Of a stretch of 64,000 nucleotides of DNA, positions 48,401 to 59,645 are shown one piece after another. The notes beneath the pieces were generated by a model. That model made no database searches. It saw only the letters and a program-made list of their open reading frames with translations, and was not told the DNA's origin. The stretch comes from Eledone cirrhosa (taxonomy: Eukaryota), in NCBI GenBank assembly GCA_964016885.1, contig OZ024743.1, forward strand, positions 135,346,001 through 135,410,000, read 5' to 3'. The position numbers and the translations under genes were made by a program. Position 1 is the first letter of the stretch, and each line of letters starts with the position of its first letter.

Positions 48401-51400
48401 GCGTGCTTGGAGTTTGGTGCTTGGTGCTTGGTGCTTAGTGCTTGGTGTTTGGTGTTTGGTGCTTGGTGTTTGGTGTTTGGTGTTTGATGCTTGGTGTGTG
48501 CTGCTTGGTGCTTGGTGCTTGGTGTTTTGTGTTTGGTGCTTGGTGCTTGGTGCTTGGTGCTTGGTGCTTGGTCTTTGGTGCTTGGTGTTTGGTGTTTGGT
48601 GCTTGGTGCTTGGTGCATGGTGTTTGGTGCTTGGTGCTTGGTGTTTGGTGCTTGGTGCTTGGTGATTAGTGTTTGTTGCTTGGTGCTTGGGGTTTGGTGG
48701 TTGGTGCTTGGTGCTTGGTGTTTGGTGTTTGGTGTTTGGTGTTTGGTGTTTGCTGTTTGGTGTCTGCTTTTTGGCGTATGGTGTTTGCTGTATGGTGTTT
48801 GCTGTTTCGTATTTGGTTTTTGCTGTTTGGTATTTGGTGTTTGCTGTTTGGTGTTTGTTGTTTGGTGTTTGGTGCTTGATGCTTGGTTATTGGTGTTTGG
48901 CGTTTGGTGATTGGGGCTTGGTGTTTGGTGCTTGGTGCTTGGTTTTTGGTGGTTGGTGCTTGGTACCTGGTGCTTGTTGTTTGGTGTTTGGTGCTTGGTG
49001 CTTGGTGCTTGGTGTTTGGTGCTTGGTGTCTGGTGTTTGGTGCTTGGTGTTTGGTGTTTGGTGCTTGGTGCTTGGTGTATGGTGTTTGGTGCTTGGTACT
49101 TGGTGTTTGGTGTTTGGTGCTGGGTGCTTGGCGTTTGGTGCTTGGTGCTTGGTGCTTAGTGCTTGGTGTTTGGTGTTTGGTGTTTGGTGTTTGATGCTTG
49201 GTGTGTGCTGCTTGGTGCTTGGTGCTTGGTGTTTTGTGTTTGGTGCTTGGTGCTTGGTGCCTGGTTCTTGGTGCTTGGTGCTTGTTGTTTGGTGCTTGGT
49301 GCTTGGTGATTAGTGTTTGGTGCTTGGTGCTTGGGGTTTGGTGCTTGGTGCTTGGTGTTTGGTGTTTGGTGTTTGGTGCTTGGTGTCTGGTGTTTGATGT
49401 TTGGTGTTTGGTGCTTGGTGCTTGGTGTTTGGGTTTTGGTGCTTGGTGCTTGGTGTTTGGTGTTTGGTGCTTGGTGTTTGGTGTTTGGTGCTTGGTGTTT
49501 GGTGCTTGGTGCTTGGTGCTTGGTGTTTGGTGCTGGGTGCTTGGTGCTTGGTGTTTCTTGTTTGGTGCTTGGTGCTTGGTGTTTGGTGTTTGGTGTTTGA
49601 TGCTTGGTGTTTGATGCTTGTTGCTTGGTGCTTGGTGTTTTGTGTTTGGTGTTTGGTGCTTGGTGTATGTACTTGGTGCTTGGTTCTTGGTGTTTGGTGA
49701 TTGGTGCTTGGTGCTTGGTGTTTGGTGCTTGGTGCTTGGTGTTTGGTACTTGGTGCTTGGTGTTTGGTGTTTGGTGCTTGGAGTTTGGTGCTTGGTGCTT
49801 GGTGCTTGGTGCTTGGTGTTATGTGTTTGGTGCTTGGTGCTTGGTGTTTGGTGGTGGTGCTTGGTGTTTGGTGCTTGGTGCCTGGTGCTTGGTGTTTGGT
49901 GCTTGGTGTTTGGTGCTTGGTGTTTGGTGCTTGGTGTTTGGTGATTTGTGCTTGGTGCTTAGTGCTTGGTGTTTGGTGCTTGGTGCTTGGTGCTTGGTGT
50001 TTGGCGTTTGCTGTTTGCTGTTTGGTGTTTGGTGTTTGCTGTTTGGTGTTTGGTGCTTGGTGTTTGGTGCTTGGTGCTTGCTGTTTGGTGTTTGGTGTTT
50101 GGTTCTTGGTGCTTGGTGTTTGGTGTTTGGTGCTTGGTGCTTGGTGCTTGGTGTTTGGTGCTTGGTGCCTGGTGCTTGGTGTTTGGTGCTTGGTGCTTGG
50201 TGTTAGGTGATTGGTGCTTGGTGTTTGGTGCTTGGTGCTTGGTTCTTGGTGTTTGGCGTTTGGTGATTGGGGCTTGGTGTTTGGTGCTTGGTGCTTGGTT
50301 TTTGGTGGTTGGTGCTTGGTACCTGGTGCCTGTTGTTTGGTGTTTGGTGCTTGGTGCTTGGTGCTTGGTGTTTGGTGCTTGGTGTCTGGTGTTTGGTGCT
50401 TGGTGTTTGGTGTTTGGTGCTTGGTGCTTGGTGTATGGTGTTTGGTGCTTGGTACTTGGTGTTTGGTGTTTGGTGCTGGGTGCTTGGCGTTTGGTGCTTG
50501 GTGCTTGGTGCTTAGTGCTTGGTGTTTGGTGTTTGGTGTTTGGTGTTTGATGCTTGGTGTGTGCTGCTTGGTGCTTGGTGCTTGGTGTTTTGTGTTTGGT
50601 GCTTGGTGCTTGGTGCCTGGTTCTTGGTGCTTGGTGCTTGTTGTTTGGTGCTTGGTGCTTGGTGATTAGTGTTTGGTGCTTGGTGCTTGGGGTTTGGTGC
50701 TTGGTGCTTGGTGTTTGGTGTTTGGTGTTTGGTGCTTGGTGTCTGGTGTTTGGTGTTTGGTGTTTGGTGCTTGGTGCTTGGTGTTTGGGTTTTGGTGCTT
50801 GGTGCTTGGTGTTTGGTGTTTGGTGCTTGGTGTTTGGTGTTTGGTGCTTGGTGTTTGGTGCTTGGTGCTTGGTGCTTGGTGTTTGGTGCTGGGTGCTTGG
50901 TGCTTGGTGTTTCTTGTTTGGTGCTTGGTGCTTGGTGTTTGGTGTTTGGTGTTTGATGCTTGGTGTTTGATGCTTGTTGCTTGGTGCTTGGTGTTTTGTG
51001 TTTGGTGTTTGGTGCTTGGTGTATGTACTTGGTGCTTGGTGCTTGGTGTTTGGTGCTTGGTTCTTGGTGTTTGGTGATTGGTGCTTGGTGCTTGGTGTTT
51101 GGTGCTTGGTGCTTGGTGTTTGGTACTTGGTGCTTGGTGTTTGGTGTTTGGTGCTTGGAGTTTGGTGCTTCGTGCTTGGTGCTTGGTGCTTGGTGTTATG
51201 TGTTTGGTGCTTGGTGCTTGGTGTTTGGTGGTGGTGCTTGGTGTTTGGTGCTTGGTGCCTGGTGATTGGTGTTTGGTGCTTGGTGTTTGGTGCTTGGTGT
51301 TTGGTGCTTGGTGTTTGGTGATTTGTGCTTGGTGCTTAGTGCTTGGTGTTTGGTGCTTGGTGCTTGGTGCTTGGTGTTTGGCGTTTGCTGTTTGCTGTTT

Positions 51401-52186
51401 GGTGTTTGGTGTTTGCTGTTTGGTGTTTGGTGCTTGGTGTTTGGTGCTTGGTGCTTGCTGTTTGGTGTTTGGTGTTTGGTTCGTGGTGCTTGGTTTTTGG
51501 TGTTTGGTGCTTGGTGCTTGGTGCTTGGTGTTTGGTGCTTGGTGCCTGGTGCTTGGTGTTTGGTGCTTGGTGCTTGGTGTTAGGCGTTTGGTGCTTGGTG
51601 CTTGGTGTTTGATGTTTGGTCCTTGGTGCTTGGTGTTTGGTATTTGGTGCTTGGTGCTTGGTGTTTGGTGTTTGGTGCTTGCTGCTTGCTGCTTGGTGTT
51701 TGGTGCTTGGTGATTGGTGCCTGGTGTTTTGTGCTTTTTGCTTGGTGTTTGGTGTTTGGTGCTAGGGTCTTGGTGCTTGGTGCTTGGTGTTTGGTGCTTG
51801 GTGCTCGGTGTTTGGTGTTTGGTGCTTGGTGCGTGGGGCTTGGTGTTTGGTGCTTGGTGTTTGGTGCTTGGTGTTTGGTGCTTGCTGTTTGGTGCTTGGT
51901 GCTTGGTGTTTGGTGTTTGGTGTTTGGTGCTTGGTGCTTGGTGTTTGGTGCTTGGTGCTTGGTGCTTGGTGCTTGGTGCTTGGTCTTTGGTGCTTGGTGC
52001 TTGGTGATTAGTGTTTGGTGATTGGTGCTTGGGGTTTGGTGTTTGGTACTTGGTGTTTGGTGCTTGGTGCTTGCTGTTTGGTGTTTGGTTCTTGGTGCTT
52101 GGTGTTTGGTGTTTGGTGTTTGGTGCTTGGTGCTTGGTGCTTGGTGTTTGGTGCTTGGTGCTTGGTGTTTGGTGCTGCGTGCTTGG
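44644..52186 (+). repeat. Tandem duplication, unit 3776 bp (junction about 48400-48420)
   Basis: ORFs 44666/48442, 45828/49604, 47302/51078 and 48235/52011. Noticed differences: 45113C/48889A, 47707T/51483G, 47719G/51495T. Confidence 0.93.
45105..47805 (+). repeat. Nested tandem duplication, unit 1356-1377 bp (repeated again at about 48881-51581)
   Basis: ORFs 45135/46491, 45422/46778 and 45828/47184 (+1356); 45925/47302 and 46190/47567 (+1377 after a 21-bp indel). Confidence 0.87.
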
Positions 52187-53750
52187 TGTTTGGTGTTTGG
52201 TGCTTGGTGCTTGGTGCCTGTGTTTCGTGCTTGGTGCTTGGTGCTTGGTGTTTGGTGTTTGGTGCTTGGTGGTTGGTGTTTGGTACTTGGTGCTTGGTGC
52301 TTGGTGCTTGGTGTTTGATGCTGCGTGCCTGGTGTTTGGTGTTTGGTGCTTGGTGCTTGGTGTTTGGTGTTTCGTGCTTGGTGCCTGGTGCTTGTTGTTT
52401 GGTGTTTGCTGCTTGGTGCTTGGTGTTTGGTGTTTGGTGCTTGGTGCTTGGTATCTGGTGTTTGGTGCTTGGTGTTTGGTGTTTGGTGCTTGGTGCTTGG
52501 TGCTTGGTGTTTGGTGTTTGGTGCTTCGTGCTTGGTGTTTGGTGCTTGGTGTTTGGTGTTTGGTGTTTGATGCTTGGTGTTTGCTGCTTGGTGCTTGGTG
52601 CTTGGTGTTTTGTGTTTGGTGCTGGGTGCTTGGTGCCTGGTGCTTGGTGCTTGGTGCTTGTTGTTTGGTGCTTGGTGCTTGGTGATTAGTGTTTGGTGCT
52701 TGGTGCTTGCGGTTTGGTGTTTTGTGCTTGGGGTTTGGTGTTTGGTGCTTGGTGCTTGGTGTTTGGTGCTTGGTGCTTGGTGCTTGGTGCTTGGTGTTAG
52801 GTGTTTGCTGCTTGGTGCTTGGTGTTTGATGTTTGGTGCTTGGTGCTTGGTGTTTGGTGTTTGGTGCTTGGTGCTTGGTGTTTGATGTTTGGTCCTTGGT
52901 GCTTGTTGGTTGGTGTTTGGTGCTTGGTGCTTGGTGTTTGGTGTTTGGTGCTCGCTGCTTGGTGCTTGGTGTTTTGTGTTTGGAGTTTGGTGCTTGGTGT
53001 TTGGTGCTTCGGTCTTGGTGCTTGGTGTTTGGTGCTTGGTGCTTGGTGTTTGGTGCTTGGTGCCTGGTGCTTGGTGTTTGGTGCTTGGTGCTTGGTGTTT
53101 GGTGCTTATTGTTTGGTGCTTGGTGCTTGGTGCTTGGTGCTAGGTGTTTGGTGCTTGGTGCTTGGTGTTTGATGTTTGGTGCTTGGTGTTTGGTGCTTGG
53201 TGCTTGGTTTTGGTGTTTGGTGCTTGCTGCTTGCTGCTTGGTGTTTGGTGCTTGGTGATTGGTGCTTGGTGTTTTGTGCTTGGTGCTTGGTGTTTGGTGT
53301 TTGTTGCTAGGGGCTTCGTGCTTGGTGCTTGGTGTTTGGTACTTGGTGCTTGCTGTTTGGTGTTTGGTGGTTGGTGCGTGGGACTTAGTGTTTGGTGTTT
53401 GGTGCTTGGTGTTTGGTGCTTGGTGTTTGGGGCTTGGTGTTCGGTGCTTGGTGCTTGCTGCTTGGTGCTTGGTGTTTGGTGTTTGGTGCTTGGTGCTTGG
53501 TGTTTGATGTTGGGTCCTTAGTGCTTCGTGCTTGGTGTTTGGTGCTTGGTGTTTGGTGTTTGGTGCTTGCTGCTTGCTGCTTGTTGTTTCGTTCTTTGTG
53601 ATTGGTGCTTGGTGCTTGGTGTTTGGTGCTTGGTGCTTGGTGTTTGGTGTTTGGTGTTTGGTGCTTGGGGCTTGGTGTTTTGTGCTTGGTGCTTGGTGCT
53701 TGGTGTTTGGTGTTTGGTGTTTGGTGCTTGCTGTTTGGTGTTTGGTGTTT
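51575..53750 (+). repeat. Dispersed copy of about 39358-41533 (offset 12217; 9244 from the 42.5-44.5 kb copy)
   Basis: ORFs 39385/51602, 39794/52011, 40927/53144 and 41385/53602. The rare monomers CTTGCGG and CTCGCTG are shared. Confidence 0.88.
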
Positions 53751-54559
53751 GGTGTTTGGTGCTTGGTGCTTGGTGTTTGGTGCTTGGTGTCTGGTGTTTG
53801 GTGCTAGGTGCTTGGTGCTTGGTGTTTGGTGTTTGGTGCTTGGTGCTTGGTGTTTGGTGTTTGGTGCTGGGTGCTTGGAGTTTGGTGCTTGGTGCTTGGT
53901 GCTTAGTGCTTGGTGTTTGGTGTTTGGTGCTTGGTGTTTGGTGTTTGGTGTTTGATGCTTGGTGTGTGCTGCTTGGTGCCTGGTGCTTGGTGTTTTGTGT
54001 TTGGTGCTTGGTGCTTGGTGCTTGGTTCTTGGTGCTTGGTGCTTGTTGTCTGGTGCTTGGTGCTTGGTGATTAGTGTTTGGTGCTTGGTGCTTGGGGTTT
54101 GCTGTTTGATGCTTGGTGCTTGGTGTTTGGTGCTTGGTGTCTGGTGTTTGGTGTTTGGTGTTTGGTGCTTGGTGCTTGGTGTTTGGGTTTTGGTGCTTGG
54201 TGCTTGGTGTTTGGTGTTTGGTGCTTGGTGTTTGGTGTTTGGTGCTTGGTGTTTGGTGCTTGGTGCTTGGTGCTTGGTGTTTGGTGCTGGGTGCTTGGTG
54301 TTTGGTGTTTGGTGCTTGGTGCTTGGTGTTTGGTGTTTGATGCTTGGTGTTTGATGCTTGTTGCTTGGTGCTTGGTGTTTTGTGTTTGGTGTTTGGTGCT
54401 TGGTGTATGTACTTGGTGCTTGGTGCTTGGTGTTTGGTGCTTGGTTCTTGGTGTTTAGTGATTGGTGCTTGGTGCTTGGTGTTTGGTGCTTGGTGCTTGG
54501 TGTTTGGTACTTGGTGCTTGGTGTTATGTGTTTGGTGCTTGGTGCTTGGTGTTTGGTGC

Positions 54560-55410
54560 TTGGTGCTTGGTGTTTGGTGCCTGGTGCTTGGTGCTTGGTG
54601 TTTGGTGCTTGGTGTTTGGTGCTTGGTGTTTGGTGCTTGGTGTTCGGTGCTTTTTGCTTGGTGCTTGGTGATTGGTGTTTGGTGTTTGGTGCTTGGTGCT
54701 TGGTGTTTGATGTTTGGTCCTTGGTGCTTGGTGTTTGGTGATTTGTGCTTGGTGCTTGGTGCTTGGTGTTTGGTGCTTGGTGCTTGGTGCTTGGTGTTTG
54801 GCGTTTGCTGTTTGCTGTTTGGTGTTTGGTGTTTGCTGTTTGGTGTTTGGTGCTTGGTGTTTGGTGCTTGGTGCTTGCTGTTTGGTGTTTGGTGTTTGGT
54901 TCTTGGTGCTTGGTGTTTGGTGTTTGGTGCTTGGTGCTTGGTGCTTGGTGTTTGGTGGTTGGTGCTTGGTGCTTGGTGTTTGGTGCTGCGTGCTTGGTGT
55001 TTGGCGTTTGGTGCTTGGTGCCTGGTGCTTGTTGTTTGGTGTTTGGTGCATAGTGCTTGGTGTTTGGTGTTTGGTGCTTGGTGCATGGTGGCTGGTGTTT
55101 TGTGCTTGGTGTTTGGTGTTTTGTGCTTGGAGATTGGTGCCTGGTGTTTCGTGCTTTATGCTTGGTGCTTGGTGTTTGGTGTTTGGTGCTTGGTGTTTGG
55201 TGTTTGGTACTTGGTGCTTGGTGCTTGGTGCTTGGTGTTTGGTGCTTGGTGCTTGGTGCTTGGTGTTTGATGCTGCGTGCTTGGTGTTTGGTGTTTGGTG
55301 CTTCGTGCTTGGTGTTTGGTGTTTGGTGCTTGGTGCCTGGTGCTTGTTGTTTGGTGTTTGGTGCTTGGTGCTTGGTGTTTGGTGTTTGGTGCTTGGTGCG
55401 TGGGACTTAG
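54560..55410 (+). repeat. About 0.85-kb block repeated at about 57170-58000 (offset 2610/2589), with relatives near 36.7-37.5 kb and 61.2-61.9 kb
   Basis: ORFs 54714/57324, 55057/57667 and 55277/57866. Marker CATAGTG at 37125, 55049, 57659 and 61494. Confidence 0.82.
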
Positions 55411-55412
55411 TG

Positions 55413-57170
55413 TTTGGTGTCTGCTTTTTGGCGTATGGTGTTTGCTGTATGGTGTTTGCTGTTTCGTATTTGGTTTTTGCTGTTTGGTGTTTGGTGTTTG
55501 CTGTTTGGTGTTTGTTGTTTGGTGTTTGGTGCTTGGTGCTTGGTTCTTGGTGTTTGGCGTTTGGTGATTGGGGCTTGGTGTTTGGTGCTTGGTGCTTGGT
55601 TTTTGGTGTTTGGTGCTTGGTACCTGGTGCTTGTTGTTTGGTGTTTGGTGCTTGGTGCTTGGTGCTTGGTGTTTGGTGCTTGGTGTCTGGTGTTTGGTGC
55701 TTGGTGTTTGGTGTTTGGTGCTTGATGCTTGGTGTATGGTGTTTGGTGCTTGGTACTTGGTGTTTGGTGTTTGGTGCTGGGTGCTTGGCGTTTGGTGCTT
55801 GGTGCTTGGTGCTTAGTGCTTGGTGTTTGGTGTTTGGTGTTTGGTGTTTGATGCTTGGTGTGTGCTGCTTGGTGCTTGGTGCTTGGTGTTTTGTGTTTGG
55901 TGCTTGGTGCTTGGTGCCTGGTTCTTGGTGCTTGGTGCTTGTTGTTTGGTGCTTGGTGCTTGGTGATTAGTGTTTGGTGCTTGGTGCTTGGGGTTTGCTG
56001 TTTGGTGTTTGGTGTTTGGTGCTTGGTGTTTGGTGCTTGGTGATTGGTGTTTGGTGTTTGGTGTTTGGTGCTTGGTGTCTGGTGTTTGGTGTTTGGTGTT
56101 TGGTGCTTGGTGCTTGGTGTTTGGGTTTTGGTGCTTGGTGCTTGGTGTTTGGTGTTTGGTACTTGGTGTTTGGTGTTTGGTGCTTGGTGTTTGGTGCTTG
56201 GTGCTTGGTGCTTAGTGTTTTGTGTTTGGTGTTTGGTGCTTGGTGTATGTACTTGGTGCTTGTTGCTTGGTGTTTGGTGCTTGGTTCTTGGTGTTTGGTG
56301 ATTGGTGCTTGGTGCTTGGTGTTTGGTGCTTGATGCTTGGTGTTTGGTACTTGGTGCTTGGTGTTTGGTGTTTGGTGCTTGGTGTATGGTGCTTGGTGCT
56401 TGGTGCTTGGTGTTAAGTGTTTGGTTATTGGTGCTTGGTGTTTGGTGCTTGGTGCTTGGTGCTTGGTGTTTGGTGCATGGTGCTTGGTTTTTGGTGCTTG
56501 GTGCCTGGTGCTTGGTGTTTGGTCCTTGGTGCTTGGTGCTTGGTCTTTGGTGCTTGGGGTTTGGTGTTTGGCGCTTGGTGCTTGGTGTTTGGTGCTTGGT
56601 GCTTGGTGCTTGGTGCTTGGTGTTTGGTGCTTGGTGCTTGGTGCTTGGTGTTTGGTGCTTGGTGCTTGGTGATTAGTGTTTGGTGATTGGTGCTTCGTGT
56701 TTGGTGTTTGGTGCTTGGTGTTTGGTGCTTGGTGCTTGCTGTTTGGTGTTTGGTGTTTGGTTCTTGGTGCTTGGTGTTTGGTGTTTGGTGTTTGGTGCTT
56801 GGTGCTTGGTGCTTGCTGTTTGGTGCTTGGTGTTTGGTGCTGCGTGCTTGGTGTTTAGGGTTTGGTGCTTGGTGCCTGGTGCTTGTGGTTTGGTGTTTGG
56901 TGCTTAGTGCTTGCTGTTTGGTGTTTGGTGCTTGGTGCTTGGTGCCTGGTGTTTCGTGCTTGGTGCTTGGTGCTTGGTGTTTGGTGTTTGGTGCTTGGTG
57001 TTTGGTGTTTGGTGTTTGGTGCTTGGTGCTTGGTGCTTGGTGATTGGTGCTTGGTGCTTGGTGCTTGGTGTTTGATGCTGCATGCTTGGTGTTTGGTGTT
57101 TGGTGCTTGGTGCTTGGTTTTTGGTGTTTGGTGCTTGGTGCCTGGTGCTTGTTGTTTGGTGTTTGGTGCT
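55413..57170 (+). repeat. About 1.7-kb block repeated at about 58560-60260 (offsets 3149, 3107, 3086)
   Basis: ORFs 55568/58717, 55970/59077, 56417/59524 and 56676/59762. The rare TTAAGTG and CTTGTGG monomers are shared. Confidence 0.82.
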
Positions 57171-59645
57171 TGGTGCTTGGTGTTTGGTGCCTGGTGCTTG
57201 GTGCTTGGTGTTTGGTGCTTGGTGTTTGGTGCTTGGTGTTTGGTGCTTGGTGTTCGGTGCTTTTTGCTTGGTGCTTGGTGATTGGTGTTTGGTGTTAGGT
57301 GCTTGGTGCTTGGTGTTTGATGTTTGGTCCTTGGTGCTTGGTGTTTGGTGATTTGTGCTTGGTGCTTGGTGCTTGGTGTTTGGTGCTTGGTGCTTGGTGC
57401 TTGGTGTTTGGCGTTTGCTGTTTGCTGTTTGGTGTTTGGTGTTTGCTGTTTGGTGTTTGGTGCTTGGTGTTTGGTGCTTGGTGCTTGCTGTTTGGTGTTT
57501 GGTGTTTGGTTCTTGGTGCTTGGTGTTTGGTGTTTGGTGCTTGGTGCTTGGTGCTTGGTGTTTGGTGGTTGGTGCTTGGTGCTTGGTGTTTGGTGCTGCG
57601 TGCTTGGTGTTTGGCGTTTGGTGCTTGGTGCCTGGTGCTTGTTGTTTGGTGTTTGGTGCATAGTGCTTGGTGTTTGGTGTTTGGTGCTTGGTGCATGGTG
57701 GCTGGTGTTTTGTGCTTGGTGTTTGGTGTTTTGTGCTTGGAGCTTGGTGCCTGGTGTTTCGTGCTTTATGCTTGGTGCTTGGTGTTTGGTGTTTGGTACT
57801 TGGTGCTTGGTGCTTGGTGCTTGGTGTTTGGTGCTTGGTGCTTGGTGCTTGGTGTTTGATGCTGCGTGCTTGGTGTTTGGTGTTTGGTGCTTCGTGCTTG
57901 GTGTTTGGTGTTTGGTGCTTGGTGCCTGGTGCTTGTTGTTTGGTGTTTGGTGCTTGGTGCTTGGTGTTTGGTGTTTGGTGCTTGGTGCGTGGGACTTAGT
58001 GTTTGGTGTTTTGTGCTTGGTGTTTGGGGCTTGGTGTTTGGGGCTTGGTGTTTGGTGCTTGGTGCTTGGTGCTTGGTGCTTGGTGTTTGGTGTTTGGTGC
58101 TTGGTGCTTGGTGCTTGGTCCTTGGTGTTTGATGTTGGGTCCTTGGTGCTTGGTGTTTGGTGTTTGGTGCTTGGTGTTTGGTGTTTGGTGCTTGCTGCTT
58201 GCTGCTTGTTGTTTCGTTCTTTGTGATTGGTGCTTGGTGTTTGGTGTTTGGTGCTTGGTGCTTGGTGCTTGGTGTTTGATGTTGGGTCCTTGGTGCTTGG
58301 TGTTCGGTGCTTGGTGCTTGGTGGTTGGTGCTTGGTGCTTGGTGTTTGGTGCTTGGTGCTTGGTGCTTGGTCTTTGGTGCTTGGTGTTTGGTGTTTGGTG
58401 CTTGGTGCTTGGTGCGTGGTGTTTGGTGCTTGGTGCTTGGTGTTTGGTGCTTGGTGCTTGGTGATTAGTGTTTGTTGCTTGGTGCTTGGGGTTTGGTGGT
58501 TGGTGCTTGGTGCTTGGTGTTTGGTGTTTGGTGTTTGGTGTTTGGTGTTTGGTGTTTGCTGTTTGGTGTCTGCTTTTTGGCGTATGGTGTTTGCTGTATG
58601 GTGTTTGCTGTTTCGTATTTGGTTTTTGCTGTTTGGTGTTTGGTGTTTGCTGTTTGGTGTTTGTTGTTTGGTGTTTGGTGCTTGGTGCTTGGTTCTTGGT
58701 GTTTGGCGTTTGGTGATTGGGGCTTGGTGTTTGGTGCTTGGTGCTTGGTTTTTGGTGTTTGGTGCTTGGTACCTGGTGCTTGTTGTTTGGTGTTTGGTGC
58801 TTGGTGCTTGGTGCTTGGTGTTTGGTGCTTGGTGTCTGGTGTTTGGTGCTTGGTGTTTGGTGTTTGGTGCTTGGTGCTTGGTGTATGGTGTTTGGTGCTT
58901 GGTACTTGGTGTTTGGTGTTTGGTGCTGGGTGCTTGGCGTTTGGTGCTTGGTGCTTGGTGCTTTGTGCTTGGTGTTTGGTGTTTGGTGTTTGGTGTTTTG
59001 TGTTTGGTGCTTGGTGCTTGGTGCCTGGTTCTTGGTGCTTGGTGCTTGTTGTTTGGTGCTTGGTGCTTGGTGATTAGTGTTTGGTGCTTGGTGCTTGGGG
59101 TTTGCTGTTTGGTGTTTGGTGTTTGGTGCTTGGTGTTTGGTGCTTGGTGATTGGTGTTTGGTGTTTGGTGTTTGGTGCTTGGTGTCTGGTGTTTGGTGTT
59201 TGGTGTTTGGTGCTTGGTGCTTGGTGTTTGGGTTTTGGTGCTTGGTGCTTGGTGTTTGGTGTTTGGTGCTTGGTGTTTGGTGTTTGGTGCTTGGTGTTTG
59301 GTGCTTGGTGCTTGGTGCTTGGTGTTTTGTGTTTGGTGTTTGGTGCTTGGTGTATGTACTTGGTGCTTGTTGCTTGGTGTTTGGTGCTTGGTTCTTGGTG
59401 TTTGGTGATTGGTGCTTGGTGCTTGGTGTTTGGTGCTTGGTGCTTGGTGTTTGGTACTTGGTGCTTGGTGTTTGGTGTTTGGTGCTTGGTGTATGGTGCT
59501 TGGTGCTTCGTGCTTGGTGTTAAGTGTTTGGTGATTGGTGCTTGGTGCTTGGTGTTTGGTGCATGGTGCTTGGTTTTTGGTGCTTGGTGCCTGGTGCTTG
59601 GTGTTTGGTCCTTGGTGCTTGGTGCTTGGTCTTTGGTGCTTGGGG

